Under the pieces are notes generated by a model, which ran no database searches, was not told the origin of the DNA, and worked only from the letters and a program-made list of their open reading frames with translations. Position numbers and translations under genes: made by a program. DNA of 64,000 nt from Macrostomum lignano. Taxonomy: Eukaryota. Positions 11,077 through 28,754 of this stretch are shown piece after piece. The DNA lies in contig NIVC01000622.1 of the NCBI GenBank assembly GCA_002269645.1, forward strand, positions 248,001 through 312,000, read 5' to 3'. The stretch's first letter is position 1. Each line of letters starts with the position of its first letter.

Positions 11077-12649
11077 CACTGCAGAAGGATTTGAGGATGC
11101 ATGCGTGAATTAACAATAATTTTTGCTTTCTGGGTTTGATGGGGGACAAAGTTTTTTCATCTAAATTTCACTTAAACCGTTTCCTAGAACTATTATTAAC
11201 CCCCAATATTACTGTCGTTTTGTGGTTTGGTCATAAGTATATTTAACCTGCTCGTTTTGTATTATTCCGAATTGTTAAATTGTCGTTTTAATTGGTCAGC
11301 TAATTATATTAACAATTTAAACAACTTTTTTCTAGAAAAAAACAGTAATTTTATTGCTAGCCTACTTACAGTAAAAAGCTATGAAAATTGCAGTAAAAAA
11401 CTAGCAGACTATTAAAAACGGCAGAGAAATTCACGAGCGATTTTTTCGAAATAATCTACTGAATTACTCAATCTATCTTATTTAATTTAAGACGTTTTTT
11501 CGCAGTTGTTGTGATTTACTAAACATTAAAATGATTTATTATTTGCCACATATTATTGCTGTTTCTGCCGCTACTCCTTTGTCTGCACTCTCATCGCACA
11601 CAAACGCACTTGAGTGGAATCAAAAGCATATTTTTCTTTAGTTGTTTTTTTTTCAAAAAATCCCCAGTTCTCATTGAGTCATCATTTTTCTATTTTAGTC
11701 ATTATTGGTTATTCCGAATTTGATTGATTTTTTTCTATTGTTATTTCATTGAAAAAAATCAATTCACAATATATAATTGAACCTTTCATTTCATTCATTC
11801 ATCTTTATATATTCGTGAAACATAAATCTTAGTCTCAGTCTTATGGTTATGTTTTTCATCTTGGTTAGCAGGAATCTTTTGGAGCATGAGCGGTAAAGTT
11901 TAAGTTTACTGCTGGCATGACCTGTGAGTCGTGACTGACCGCCATTTTATAACATTAATTATTATTTTAAGAACCATTCCTATTCTTGAAAAATACACAT
12001 TAAATTATAGAAACAGACATTGTTTGTTGTTTTAAAAAATATTAGACAACCTAGAAATGTTTTATTTTAATTACATCAATTATTGTATTTTAGGGCCTAG
12101 ATAATACACTAATGTGGAATTAAAGCTGTTAGCGGTTTTATAGTGCTTTGATTTTGTAGCGAATCGATTTTTTAGGGTCTCTCTAACTTTGCGACTAATG
12201 TACATTTAGTCCTGTACATCTCTTCTCAGCCCAATATTCTCCGCTGGCCGGCCCAACTAGTTGTTAAATTGAGGAGGTGGGTTATTTGCGTACATTCCCC
12301 GACCGTCGTCCTCTCTCGTCCTTTTCTTTATCATCGCCACCCCACCCCCCCCCCCTCTAGCCAGCCTGGCCTTTTTTCACACCCTCGCGCACCCCCCTCG
12401 TCGCCGCGTTCTCAATCTGCCTTCCACTCCGCTTTCTCTCTCGCCTCTCTCAGCGCTCACTGCCAGGGCCGAGGGTTAAGAGGAAAGCCAACCCCAGTTG
12501 TCATAACAACACTCTACCCGCCCGCCCCTTATATTTCTCTAAAGCGTCTTTCTGAGGCGCGCCAATTTAAACAGACTATTTTAGTTGGCATTTTTTCCTG
12601 GTCTTAAAATTGAATTGAAATATACATACAGAAGTTGCTAAGAAGCCAA

Positions 12650-13294
12650 ATGACGGTAGAGAAACCGGAGGCCGATGCGGCTGCTGAGGCAGCGGCCGCG
12701 CCCGTGGCAAAACTGCGCGTCAGCAATCCGAAAGAGGAGCTGCTCTGCCAGGCGGCCGAGGATGGCGATTGTAAAACGATTGGCAAGCTGATCAGCGAAA
12801 TTGAGAATGTTGAGCTCAAATGGCCCAGGCTAGAGAATGTAAACTGCTTGGACGCATTGGGTCGCACGGCGCTGATGCGAGCTTCCCAAGCCGGTCACTA
12901 CGAGGCCGTGAAACTGCTAGTTGCCAACGGAGCCGATGTGAACTATCGCGACTGGAACGGAGTCACCGCTCTACACTTGGCAGCCAAGCATCACCAATTG
13001 CAGGTGGTGAAGTTCCTCATCATGTCCGAGGCGAGGCTGGACGCGCTGACCCGAACCGGCCTGGCACCCATCGACTTGGCCAGGTACAACTCGGACACCT
13101 GGACAGTCCTTCGACAGGCAGCCACGGGCACCATGCCGACGGTGGACCATCTGGTGCAGACCATCGAGGTGCCCCTGGTGCCAGCCTACGCCATCCCGAA
13201 GCCGAAATCGGGCGACGGTAAGAAGAAAGGCAAGAAAGGCGGCAAGAAGAGCGGCAAGAAGGGCAAGAAGGGTGGAAAGAAGAAGAAGAAGTGA
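12650..13294 (+). CDS. Ankyrin-repeat protein with Lys/Gly-rich C-terminal tail, intronless
   Basis: Ankyrin motifs GRTALMRASQAGHYEAVKLLVANGADVN and GVTALHLAAKHHQLQVVKFLI. Ends KKKGKKGGKKSGKKGKKGGKKKKK. ATG at 12650. Confidence 0.88.
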   Translation: MTVEKPEADAAAEAAAAPVAKLRVSNPKEELLCQAAEDGDCKTIGKLISEIENVELKWPRLENVNCLDALGRTALMRASQAGHYEAVKLLVANGADVNYRDWNGVTALHLAAKHHQLQVVKFLIMSEARLDALTRTGLAPIDLARYNSDTWTVLRQAATGTMPTVDHLVQTIEVPLVPAYAIPKPKSGDGKKKGKKGGKKSGKKGKKGGKKKKK

Positions 13295-14004
13295 AATGCG
13301 CTCAGTTCCACTCGTTTTGGAATCGCTGTTGTTTTTGCTTGACAGCATTTTGTCTTTTCCTATCGTTTACTTGAGCAACTTCTTTCACTATGGCGGGAGA
13401 TTATCATCTACCGGTATTTGCGAGCAACAGGTGAAAATAGCGGTTACTGGTTCTTGCGTTTTAATGTCATGTTCTCCAGTAAGCCGGCACTCCGAGCTGA
13501 AGGTTGTGACGTATTGCAGAAAATATAAGTTTTTTTACTCCCAGAAATAGTTAATTTGAAATTCTATCAAAAATCGTTTTGTTATATTGATAAGTTATTT
13601 TTGTACACAATTCAATTTTAAAGAGATTTATTATGCTAACCGTTATTGCAAATATAAAAATCAAAGCTAACTAAAATTTTTGTAGCGAGCGGTTCATTAT
13701 TTTAGTTGAATGACTTATTGCGTTTTTGTTTTGTTCAACGGTAATGTTTTAAAAGCTCACCTGTCTAATTTCAGTGAAAAAATAGGGCAAATGGCCCTTC
13801 TAATGCATCCTAATTGGCCCAAACTCGTGCCTCTCCCCCGGGTCAAATGTCGATCAATCACGCTCCCTGCGCAAGCGGTTTAGTCCATCATTTATTACCT
13901 ATTATTATTGGCCTGGAGTCCGACTGGGGACATCTGAAAATTAACCTGGACTGGGGGCTGTATGGCTGGCTCAATTTAAATAGCATTTATCTGGGGAGCT
14001 TTCA

Positions 14005-14358
14005 TATCTGCGAAATTTCCTGTCTCCGAAAGCACGTCTTTCACATCTCCAACATTTCATAAATCCGACTTTTCATATCCCCGACACTCCATACGAGCTA
14101 TCTCCGACACTTCATGTCTCCGACACTTCACATCTCCGACACTTCATGTCTCCGACGCTTCACATCTTCGACACTTCACATCTCCGACACTACATATCTC
14201 CGACGCTTTATATCTCCGACGCTTCATCTCTTCGACACTTCACATCTCCGACGCTTCACATCTTCGACGCTTCACATCTTCGACACTTCACATCTCCGGC
14301 ACTATATCTCCGACACTACATGTCTCCGACGCTTCACTTCTCCGACGCTTCACATCTC
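14005..14358. repeat. 16-bp minisatellite (TCTCCGACACTTCACA)
   Basis: About 20 diverged tandem copies. Confidence 0.9.
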
Positions 14359-15154
14359 CATCAAGCTTAACCCTAGCGGAGATATGAAGCCTGAAGCGTC
14401 GGAGTTGTGAAAGAAGTTGCTTTTCGTAGATATGTAACCCTCCTGTTCATCTTTCTAGAAAGTTTTTTATGCATAATTTTTTATTGTTAAATCAATATTT
14501 CAAATTTTCTTACATCTACGATCGTACGCACTGTAGCTAACTGTAGGCTGCATTCCTTTTGATGCCCTTCTTTAATTTGTTAAACCCAATCTGAACAACT
14601 GGCTCAATTTAATGATTTGTAAATTCGCCCCGGCGGTCTCTTTCAAAATTTTTTTAATTCTTCTTTATTCTGACTGTTGGCTTCCAATCCATGCGCCATG
14701 TGGGTTTTTAGCGGTCCCTGCCAACTCCGAGGACGATAGGAGAGAGAGAGGTGGAGAGCCAGAATCGCTCTGTGTTTGTTTTTCTACTCCACAAGCTGGC
14801 GCGCGCGGGGCCCCAGGGCGAGGCCCCGGGGTGGAGCGACTTCGACAGGCGAGGTCGATATTCGTCAATTAAAACGGGGGTGGTGGGGGCGAAACCGCAG
14901 TCCCAGCAGCAGCCGCCGCCACCGTTTGGGAAAAACCTACAGATAACGAAAATTTCCCCGTTTCTTCGAACAGAAATTGAAATTAGCCATCTATATTAGT
15001 CGGAATAAGAATTTTTGCGGATAGCGGAGAAAGCTTTCCGGAGGGTTTTGAAAGCGTTTGGCTGGGTTGTTGGAAAACAATGGATTGGTTTAGTAGATGC
15101 AGTTTGACAGTCTGCAAGCCCAAGTTGAATATTGTGTGTGGGTTTGTCTGCCAT

Positions 15155-20533
<5,379 letters not shown>

Positions 20534-22607
20534 GTTTGTCTGCCATGTTTTATCTCTGTTTTTTCATGCCTTTGTGTGTTGACATTTTTATCATACCTTG
20601 GCCTTGGCCCTGTTTCCCACTTCATAAGCAGGAGTCTGCGATGCCCACTTGTTAGTTTTGGCCTCCAGTTTGACTTGATCTTGCTTGTCTGCTTTTAACT
20701 TGGCAGAAAAAACGTGTGTTTTCAGCTTTTTGATTTGTGCTAGTAGATGTGTATGTTTGGTTAGCAACCGCATCCTAGACCAAACATTTGGTAGCACTTG
20801 TGAAAGTCACCGAATTCCATTACGGTTTTATCCGGCCTGATTTGACTTTATTGACAAGATAAATTTCACACGTTTAGGCTTCTTGTAGTATTGTAGTATA
20901 TTGGGTTGCTACCTAGCGACCAAATTGTTTTCAAAAATTGTATTTATGTATAGCCTGGCTGATTCCCCAGAAATATCCCCATCTTAGTGGTCGATTTCCG
21001 AGTTAGTTGCTCGTAGTTAACAATCTTCCCTTTATAATAATTCTTTCAGGTCGGACTTTTCGGCTATTCGAAGTTTGTGGCCAGATTTTTTTGTGTCCCT
21101 TTTATAGTCAATTTGGCCTGGCATATATGAAAACGGGGAACAGTTTTGACAAAGTGGATCGAGTATGTAGAAGGAACCTTGGGGTCAGTGGATTTTAGAA
21201 GTTCATCAAGGAGATCAGTTAGATCTAGAGTCTGGAAGGTAAAAATTAAAAAATTATAAGATCATTCTTCATTTCTGCTTATTATTCCTGCAAAATCCAG
21301 ATCCCATATTTGCGGCCTCCTTAACTCCGTGCACTGTCGGTCAGCCTCCTCCTGGACTGCTTCCACTTTTCATTTTTCTGTGAAGCAACCGCCGCAGCCC
21401 GGGATGGCATAAATTGGCAAATTTTGATGGGGGCCTAGCCATCCACCATCGGTTTCTTCCCGTATTTATTAGACAGGTATTTGACCGCCGCTGCCTTGAT
21501 GGGAATATTCTGTGTGACGTATTTATTAAGGACAGAAAAGGAAAGCATTATAGACTGACTCGAATAAGCTCGAGTGGCTTATACAGACTTCTGCCCTTAT
21601 TGCTGCTTGCAGTTCGATGTCATGGTTACCTGGCTTTGCTGGGATGCTGGACCTTTGATGCCGGATAGAATCCCTCTGTATCACTGTCTCTCCTGCTGGA
21701 CTTACCCCTATGCAATTCTGAGGGTTAATAAAACATGATGTGCCCCCCCCCAAAGGCATCATTTTGGATGACTTTTTGCCCCCCCCGCTGCCTGACAGGT
21801 GGCTGGAAGTCTCACACATTAAACTTGCGTAGCTAGGGCATTTCCCGTGAAATGTCGCGCCACCTATCTTATCCCTTCAGACTCTGCAGCCGCATCCCCC
21901 AGCTGGATTAATCCACAAATTTGTACACAAGAACCACAATAAGCTAAACATACCTAGTTGGCATTTCCTAGTCTGCAATTTTTACGAGTCTATATAACAT
22001 AATGTTAGAAAGTTTCCGCAATGTCACCCACTACTATATGCTGCAAACGATGTGTTGTTAATCTGGTGGTCACTTAGCCATGGTAACGCTTTATTATTTG
22101 GCTGGTTATAAGCTGTAGCTTTTTAACCCGCTCTCTTAGCAAGCCATAAAATATCCCCATCTCGATTGGGACATTTTTGCTTCTCGGGGCAGCAACGGAT
22201 TTTGTGTGTGTCTGTATGTTTTTTGCTTTTAAGATAAAGATTTATTAGCATTGGTTTTGATTACACTTTCCTATAGTACGAGATTTAGAATGCTTTGGCA
22301 AGATCTGTCCACCTGTTTATGCCTGTGTGTGCGGTTATAAAATTGAATTTTTTCACGCCGGATTATCAGATTGGAAAATCCCAACTTCAAGCCGAGGGGG
22401 TTGGATACTACTTTATGAGATTGTAGTTCATGCCCGGTATTTCCGCTCTGAAATGTAAACTGAGTGTTCTGATTCAAGTAATCATATGGTTGCTTTCAAT
22501 TTTCAACGGTGTTTTACACCTTCAGATAACCCATACAAAAGATTATTATTCTGTTGGTAAAGTCATTGTCCTTAGCCCATATCCATTGTATTGTGCAGGG
22601 ACACGCA

Positions 22608-22636
22608 GGCAGGCAGACAGACAGACCGACAGACGG

Positions 22637-22675
<39 letters not shown>

Positions 22676-22678
22676 CTA

Positions 22679-22714
<36 letters not shown>

Positions 22715-22745
22715 GAGTAGGCAGAAAGGCAGGCAGGCAGACAGA
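22608..22745. repeat. (CAGA)n microsatellite
   Basis: Direct inspection. Confidence 0.95.
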
Positions 22746-23054
22746 GGCAACCAGATAAAAAAACTTGATGCGTAAGATTCAAAGATACTAGGGTTATCAG
22801 ACACTTAAGACACTGGCATACCTAGGCAATTTAGAACACTATATATAAATAAGATACTAAAAGTACTAACACTCTTTAAACAGTTGGACACTGAGACGGG
22901 CATGCCGACTTCAGAAGATTAAGCACTGTTGCACACCCCTCCAATCATCCTATACCAAGAGCGCACCTGCAATGCGGCTTCTCTTGCGCATTCAAACAGT
23001 CAGTTATTGCGGCTATCAATTTCTTGTCTTCTGTTATCAAGATTGTTCAACGCA

Positions 23055-23098
<44 letters not shown>

Positions 23099-24096
23099 AT
23101 CCGAGTTTTCGCCATTAATGTCGATTTCATTACATTGGTTTTGACTAATTTCTTTCGATAACAACAGCCGCGGCTGGAGGGGGGCATTGAAGGTAAGACG
23201 CACAAAGGCTGGCTAGTGTTGGGAAATATATCCTCACCCCCCGAAATTGGCTATAGCGAAAGTTTTTGGCTCAGCTTTGTCTGCCACAAGCGGGAGGAGA
23301 TAAGATCTTAACTGGCCCGGCATTCAGGCTGGGGTAAGTCAGGTTTAGTTAGGCTAACTAACGGATATCCCCTAACTGCGGTATGCTTTAATTGACACAA
23401 GCGGCCTTGTTCTCGGCTTGAACAGTGTGTAAATAACAGGCAGTTGCGTATTTATTACCCGGCTTTGCCTATTTTAAGCTTTTGGGGGGAAATTCGCATT
23501 TTTGGCACCTTGGTTTCTTGTTTTTAATTAGGACTTCGTCTAACGCCACACTTCCAGGGAAGAAAAAAACGATTGCACAAATTAGCCATCACTTGACTGA
23601 CTGACTGAGGTACAGCCCCATCCCCCTAAGCTGCAAAGACAATATATTACTCTTAGTTGGAGTTGTAATCTTAATGGTTATCTAGCTATTGTGTTTTACA
23701 GTCTTGGTTACTTGGCTGGTGAAGCTAATAATTCATGGACAACTAAATTCGAATATGGACGAATATCAGTTGCAGCCGACTTTAGTTGCCAAATACATTA
23801 GCAAAAAAAGCGTTTCTTAGTGCTACAGGTAAATTGACCAGCAAGAAAAGCAAAGTTAGTGTATACTTTTCTATACGGGTTTTCCTCCATCGAGATTGTC
23901 TATGGTGAAGCCTCTTTAACACCGAAAAAAGTCTGCAACATCCGTCACAGAGAACACAATCATTGTATTTGACGCGTCGCAAGAATCTCGACCTCATGCA
24001 AAAGACACATCTGCTCCATTGACTTGTAATACTTCAACTTCAACTTCAGAAATCAAATCAAAAACCCCTAAAAGTGAAAGTTAAAAAAGAAACAAA

Positions 24097-25419
24097 ATGT
24101 CTTCATCAACGAACAGCGTCACTCTGGTACACTCTGCTAGCCAGCTGGTCCAGGTGGTTGCCGACGGTCGAACTCGACTCCGAGGCTCGGAGATGCGCCA
24201 TCCAGTGGTACATGGCGAGCCCGGAATAAATTACGCCCTAGCATTCGACATGGCCTCAGGTCGCATTGTCGACCTCGGCCCCACAGCGGCAGTTGAGAGC
24301 CGCCTACAGGCCAGCGGCTGCACCGTCCAGACCCGGGTTGACGCCACCGATTGCGTCATCATGCCGGGCTTCGTTGACGCGCACACGCACCCGGTCTGGG
24401 CCGGCGACCGAGTGCACGAGTTCGCCATGAAACTAGCCGGCGCCACCTACATGGACATCCACGCGGCTGGCGGTGGAATCCACTTCACGGTGCGCGAAAC
24501 CGCCCGGGCCACCGATCGGGAGCTGGCTGACCTGCTGAGCAGTCGCCTGGCTTCAATGAGTCGCCATGGCACCACCCTGGCCGAAGTGAAGTCCGGCTAC
24601 GGCCTCACGCTCGATGCCGAGCTGCGGCTGCTGCAGCTGCTGTGCGACGCCGCTGCAGATCCGCTCTGCCCAGTGCGGCTCTCCGTCACCTACCTGGCCG
24701 GCCACGCCGTACCACCGGGTCGCGACTCTGCTGAGTTCGCAGCCGAGGTGGCCTCGGAGCACGTGCCCCGCGTCCTGGCTGAGCGGAAGATCTCTGGCCG
24801 ACTGTCCGCTGTCCGACAGATTGACGTCTTCTGCGAGCGCGGCGTGCTCAACGCAGCTGAGTCGGCTCGGATTCTAGAGGCTGCTCTGCCCGATCTGCGC
24901 GGCAACGTCCACGCGGATGAGCTCAGCGATCAGGACGGCGCGGCGATGGCTTGCCGGTCCGGCGCAGCGGCCGCCTCGCACCTGGAGTTCGTCTCTGAGT
25001 CCGGCATCTCAGCGATGGCCTCGAACGACTGCAGCCCCGTAGCGGTGCTGCTGCCGACCACGGCTCGCCTGTTGCACCTGCCGGCTCCGCCGGCTCGTCG
25101 GATGATCGACAGCGGCTGCGCTGTGGGCCTCGGCAGCGACTTCAACCCGAACGCGCACTGCCTGAGCATGCCGCTAATTGGCCACATGGCCTGTGTGGAC
25201 TTCGGCCTCAGCATGGAGGAAGCCCTGGCCGCCTGCACAATCAACGCTGCAGCGGCGCTGGGCCTGTCGGACCAGACAGGCAGCCTGGAGGTTGGCAAAC
25301 TGGCCGACTTTGTCCTGCTGCGGGCGCCCCGGTGGGAGCACGCGTTCTACCAGGTGGGCGACTCTGACAGTCTGGTGAAGCTGGTGTGCTGCGGCGGACG
25401 GTTGGTGAAGAAGGGCTGA
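24097..25419 (+). CDS. AMDHD1: Imidazolonepropionase (HutI / amidohydrolase domain-containing 1), intronless
   Basis: PGFVDAHTHPVWAGDRVHEFAMKLAGATYMDIHAAGGGIHFTV, EVKSGYG, DVFCERG, HADEL, SHLE and GSDFNPN motifs. Complete 440 aa. Confidence 0.96.
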   Translation: MSSSTNSVTLVHSASQLVQVVADGRTRLRGSEMRHPVVHGEPGINYALAFDMASGRIVDLGPTAAVESRLQASGCTVQTRVDATDCVIMPGFVDAHTHPVWAGDRVHEFAMKLAGATYMDIHAAGGGIHFTVRETARATDRELADLLSSRLASMSRHGTTLAEVKSGYGLTLDAELRLLQLLCDAAADPLCPVRLSVTYLAGHAVPPGRDSAEFAAEVASEHVPRVLAERKISGRLSAVRQIDVFCERGVLNAAESARILEAALPDLRGNVHADELSDQDGAAMACRSGAAAASHLEFVSESGISAMASNDCSPVAVLLPTTARLLHLPAPPARRMIDSGCAVGLGSDFNPNAHCLSMPLIGHMACVDFGLSMEEALAACTINAAAALGLSDQTGSLEVGKLADFVLLRAPRWEHAFYQVGDSDSLVKLVCCGGRLVKKG

Positions 25420-25819
25420 GCATTGTTGGCTACCGATATGTTGTGTAAAATACATTTCGTATTTGAAACTTCAAGCCCTATCTGCAGTATGGAAATAATT
25501 ATTGTTTCCTTACATTTAGTGACTACCGATATGTATTGTAGTTAATTTTAATCTCTACTCGGAATCAGGTTTTCTTTTCAGATTTTTCTCGTTTAATTTT
25601 TTAGTTTCTCAGTTGCAATATTTCGTATTATTGTTTTTCCTCAATTTTGTAGTTTTATGCAGTCTTCGCTCATTAATATTTTTTGATCATTTTTATTTCT
25701 GAGTGACATAATGACGGACATTATTTTTTAGGATGTAAATGGTTTCCATTGGATGTTATAAGAGGCATTGAGGGATGTCAGAAGGTTTTATTTGTGTCAG
25801 TTTATAGTTGGGATGCCAA

Positions 25820-26228
25820 AAGAGGTCAAATGGCACACAGATGATGTCAAATGGCACACAGAGGAGGTCAAATGACACACAGATGATGTCAAATGACACA
25901 CAGATGATGTCAAATGGCACACAGGATGTCAAATGGCACACAGAGGATGTCAAATGGCACACAGAGGATGTCAAATGGCACACAGAGGATGTCAAATGGC
26001 ACTAGAGGATTGTCAAATGGCACACAGAGGATGTAAAATGGCACACAGGATGTCAAATGGCACACAGAGGATGCCAAATGCCACTAGAGGATTGTCAAAT
26101 GGCACAGAGGATGTCAAATGGCACACAGAGGATGTAAAATGGCACACAGGATGTCAAATGGCACACAGAGGATGTCAAATGGCACACAGAGGATGTCAAA
26201 TGGCACAAAGATGATGTCAAATGGCACC
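25820..26228. repeat. 21-bp minisatellite (GATGTCAAATGGCACACAGAG)
   Basis: About 19 tandem copies. Confidence 0.93.
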
Positions 26229-27111
26229 AAGAGGTCAGTCATTAGGCGTCAGAGGATGCCAGGGTCACTGGCAGGTCAGCGGATGCTTAGAATTACGCCA
26301 AGGTGCTTAACTCGAACAGCCACTCAGCCTGATCCCAATAATCCCTCGCTGCATTGCACACCCAATTTCCCTCACAAAGATGCAAAAAAGCGCACCGTAA
26401 TTCCACATGCTGGAACCATGGGAAGGGTCAGTGAGCGAGGGAAGGAAGAGCGGTTATCCCACACACAGAGGGAATGCAAGCCGACAAAAGGGGGTTTGCT
26501 GGTAAAGTTATTTTAACAAGCCCCGCTCCAGTAACTCTCCTGTATAGAGGCATCCGTGGCCCTTCCAATATTCGGACACACCTTAACAACAAGTTGCCTC
26601 TTTCTGCTTAGTTTATAATGGGAAGAAACCGCGGTGTTTATCCCACAGGAAATCCATTACTTTCAGTGTCTTCCATTACGCTTCGTTTGACACGGAAAGC
26701 AAGAGGCTTGCAGTCGGTGCAGTCGCTATGTAGTGTGTGCAATCTTTTCACAATAAATCTTCCGTTAACTGGTTTTACCGACTGTAATGCGTTCGAGTTT
26801 TGTTAATCTGTGACTTTGTAATTTTACATGCTTTTATTCTCTTTTTTCAATTGGTGCTGTTGCTTTTATGGGCAAGGTTTTCTGCTAATTTTATCGGCTA
26901 ATATACTAAAATACTAAAATACAAACTGCCACACTGTAGTGTTTCTTTATTTAAATAGCGTATCTAAGAATCCGAGAATTCATTTTAAGACTGCCAATCA
27001 TTTTACCAATGTGGTTACTTTCGTCTATGGCTAAAACACTGCTCATGGTCTGGGGCACAGGCACAGCCAGAGCATTGAGTTTGACACAGAGCATTTAAAG
27101 GGCCTGTCAAC

Positions 27112-27430
27112 TTAAGCTCATAAAGTGGAGACTGAGTAATCTAATACGTCATTCCACTCACAGTAGCAATAGGAAGCTGGATTTGGCAAAAAAGTGACCA
27201 TGGACCATGAGATATAAGTGAACAAGCAAGGGAATAATTAGGGACTTCATCTTATGAGCTTACATGTAAGTTTATATAATAGTCCCTAATTATCATTTTG
27301 CTTGTTCTTTCCTATCACAGGTCCAATTTTTGTCGCCTTTTTGCCAAATCCAGCTTCCTGGTGTCGCTGTAAGCAGAATGACGTATTGTTTGTGTACATA
27401 GGTTACTCTGGCTCCACTTTATGAGCTTAA
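27112..27430. mobile_element. Foldback MITE bounded by TTAA
   Basis: TTAAGCTCATAAAGTGGAG at the left end and CTCCACTTTATGAGCTTAA at the right. Internal inverted blocks AGGAAGCTGGATTTGGCAAAAA and ATAATTAGGGACT also pair. Confidence 0.8.
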
Positions 27431-27464
27431 TCGCTGTGCAAATGAAGCTGGAGACTCCTGCCAG

Positions 27465-27992
27465 GGGCCGATTTCACAAAGAAACTACAAGTGACAAGTG
27501 ACAAGTCGACAAATGACAAGTGACAAGTGACATGTGTCAACGATTTTGGTTTCATAAACATGGGTCCTTGCTCGTGTTAAAAATAACTCAATTTTATGTC
27601 TATGGTTGAGATACCATATGAAATCGATCCAGCCTTTAGACCACAGACCACAATTTTAGGATCTGAGTTTTAGACAGACTTGCTTTCAAGACGGCCTCTG
27701 CGTTCTTTTCGGGCTTGAATACACAGCTTTAATAAAGCTACAAGTGTCACAGCGACTTGTCAAAAACACAAGACAAGAGGAAGTATTTTCTCACAGAAGC
27801 ATCCAGCTTAGTGCATGTCTATGGACGAAACCCCGAAGGAGCGCTTGTAATTTGTCAAATTTCGCTTGTCACTTGTCCCTTGTAACTTGTCGATTTGTCA
27901 AGTTGTAGCTTGCTTTTATGAAACGCATTATTTTGAGGAATTGTCACTTGTCACTTGTAATTTGTCAGACAAGTGCTTTATAAAATAGGCCC
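27465..27992. mobile_element. Non-autonomous PIF/Harbinger-like MITE
   Basis: Imperfect TIRs GGGCCGATTTCACAAAG / reverse complement GGGCCTATTTTATAAAG. 3-bp TSD CAG. Subterminal GACAAGT repeats inverted between the two ends. Confidence 0.7.
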
Positions 27993-28520
27993 CAGATGAA
28001 ATCAATCTACTTAAGGATTGGCGTTCCATGGTACTGCAGAGAATTGCGCGGAGTCGCCGGTGTGGATATCCAACCCCCGCTAGCTATGGTAGTATCTCAA
28101 TGGTCTTGATGACCGAATTCTCAAGTCAGCTGCTCCGCAGACCCCCATTTTGGGCCATAGACAATGAAAAAGCAAATCCTCCATATAGCTTGATTCCTCC
28201 CGCTAAGGACTGAATAGCGTAAGTTGGCTTGGAAATTGCAGTAATATGAAAAACCCAGGTGATGATGAGGAGACTGCAAGGCGACATGCCACACAGACAG
28301 CGGAGCCAATGACAGACTCCGTAGCCCCAAAGTCACCATAGGAATCCAGCGAATGGATCCACCAGCCAATGGTGAAGCAGTGTTCAACCAGCAGCTTCAA
28401 CGCATGGCCGATTGGAAAGACGCGCCATACTTATTATAGATAGGAACCAGAAGATTGAATGGTGGAGTCAGGACTAAACCGGTAGGCAAAGGGTACTTCA
28501 GCGTTATCGCGGCGCGTTTC

Positions 28521-28664
28521 TGATAACACAAGAGAGCCAAAGCAGCAGAGCGATCTGTTTAAATCCGTCTATCTGACCTGTCCGTGCTGTGACCCCCAAT
28601 TTTATCAGCTTGCCCCAACAACTACTGCGGCGCTTTGCTATCTGTGAGGCCGCTTCCTCTATCA
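28521..28664. promoter_or_regulatory. Cluster of five WGATAR motifs just upstream of the GATA gene
   Basis: TGATAA at 28521, CTATCT at 28569, TTATCA at 28602, CTATCT at 28638, CTATCA at 28659. Confidence 0.4.
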
Positions 28665-28754
28665 ATCTATAATCCATCTCTTACCCAGTCAAGCCCCTTA
28701 GCTCTCTCTCTTTTTCTCTCTCTCTCTCTCTCTTCCGGTATAATATCCGCCACA

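Noticed and set aside
23782-23997. Divergent gene head-to-head with AMDHD1
   Set aside because: Short ORF with no motif and no clear splice partner.
24097-25419. Bacterial horizontal transfer of hutI, suggested by the lack of introns and high GC
   Set aside because: The HTHPVWAGDRVHEF...GGGIHFTV segment is the animal AMDHD1 form, and other host genes here are also intronless and GC-rich.
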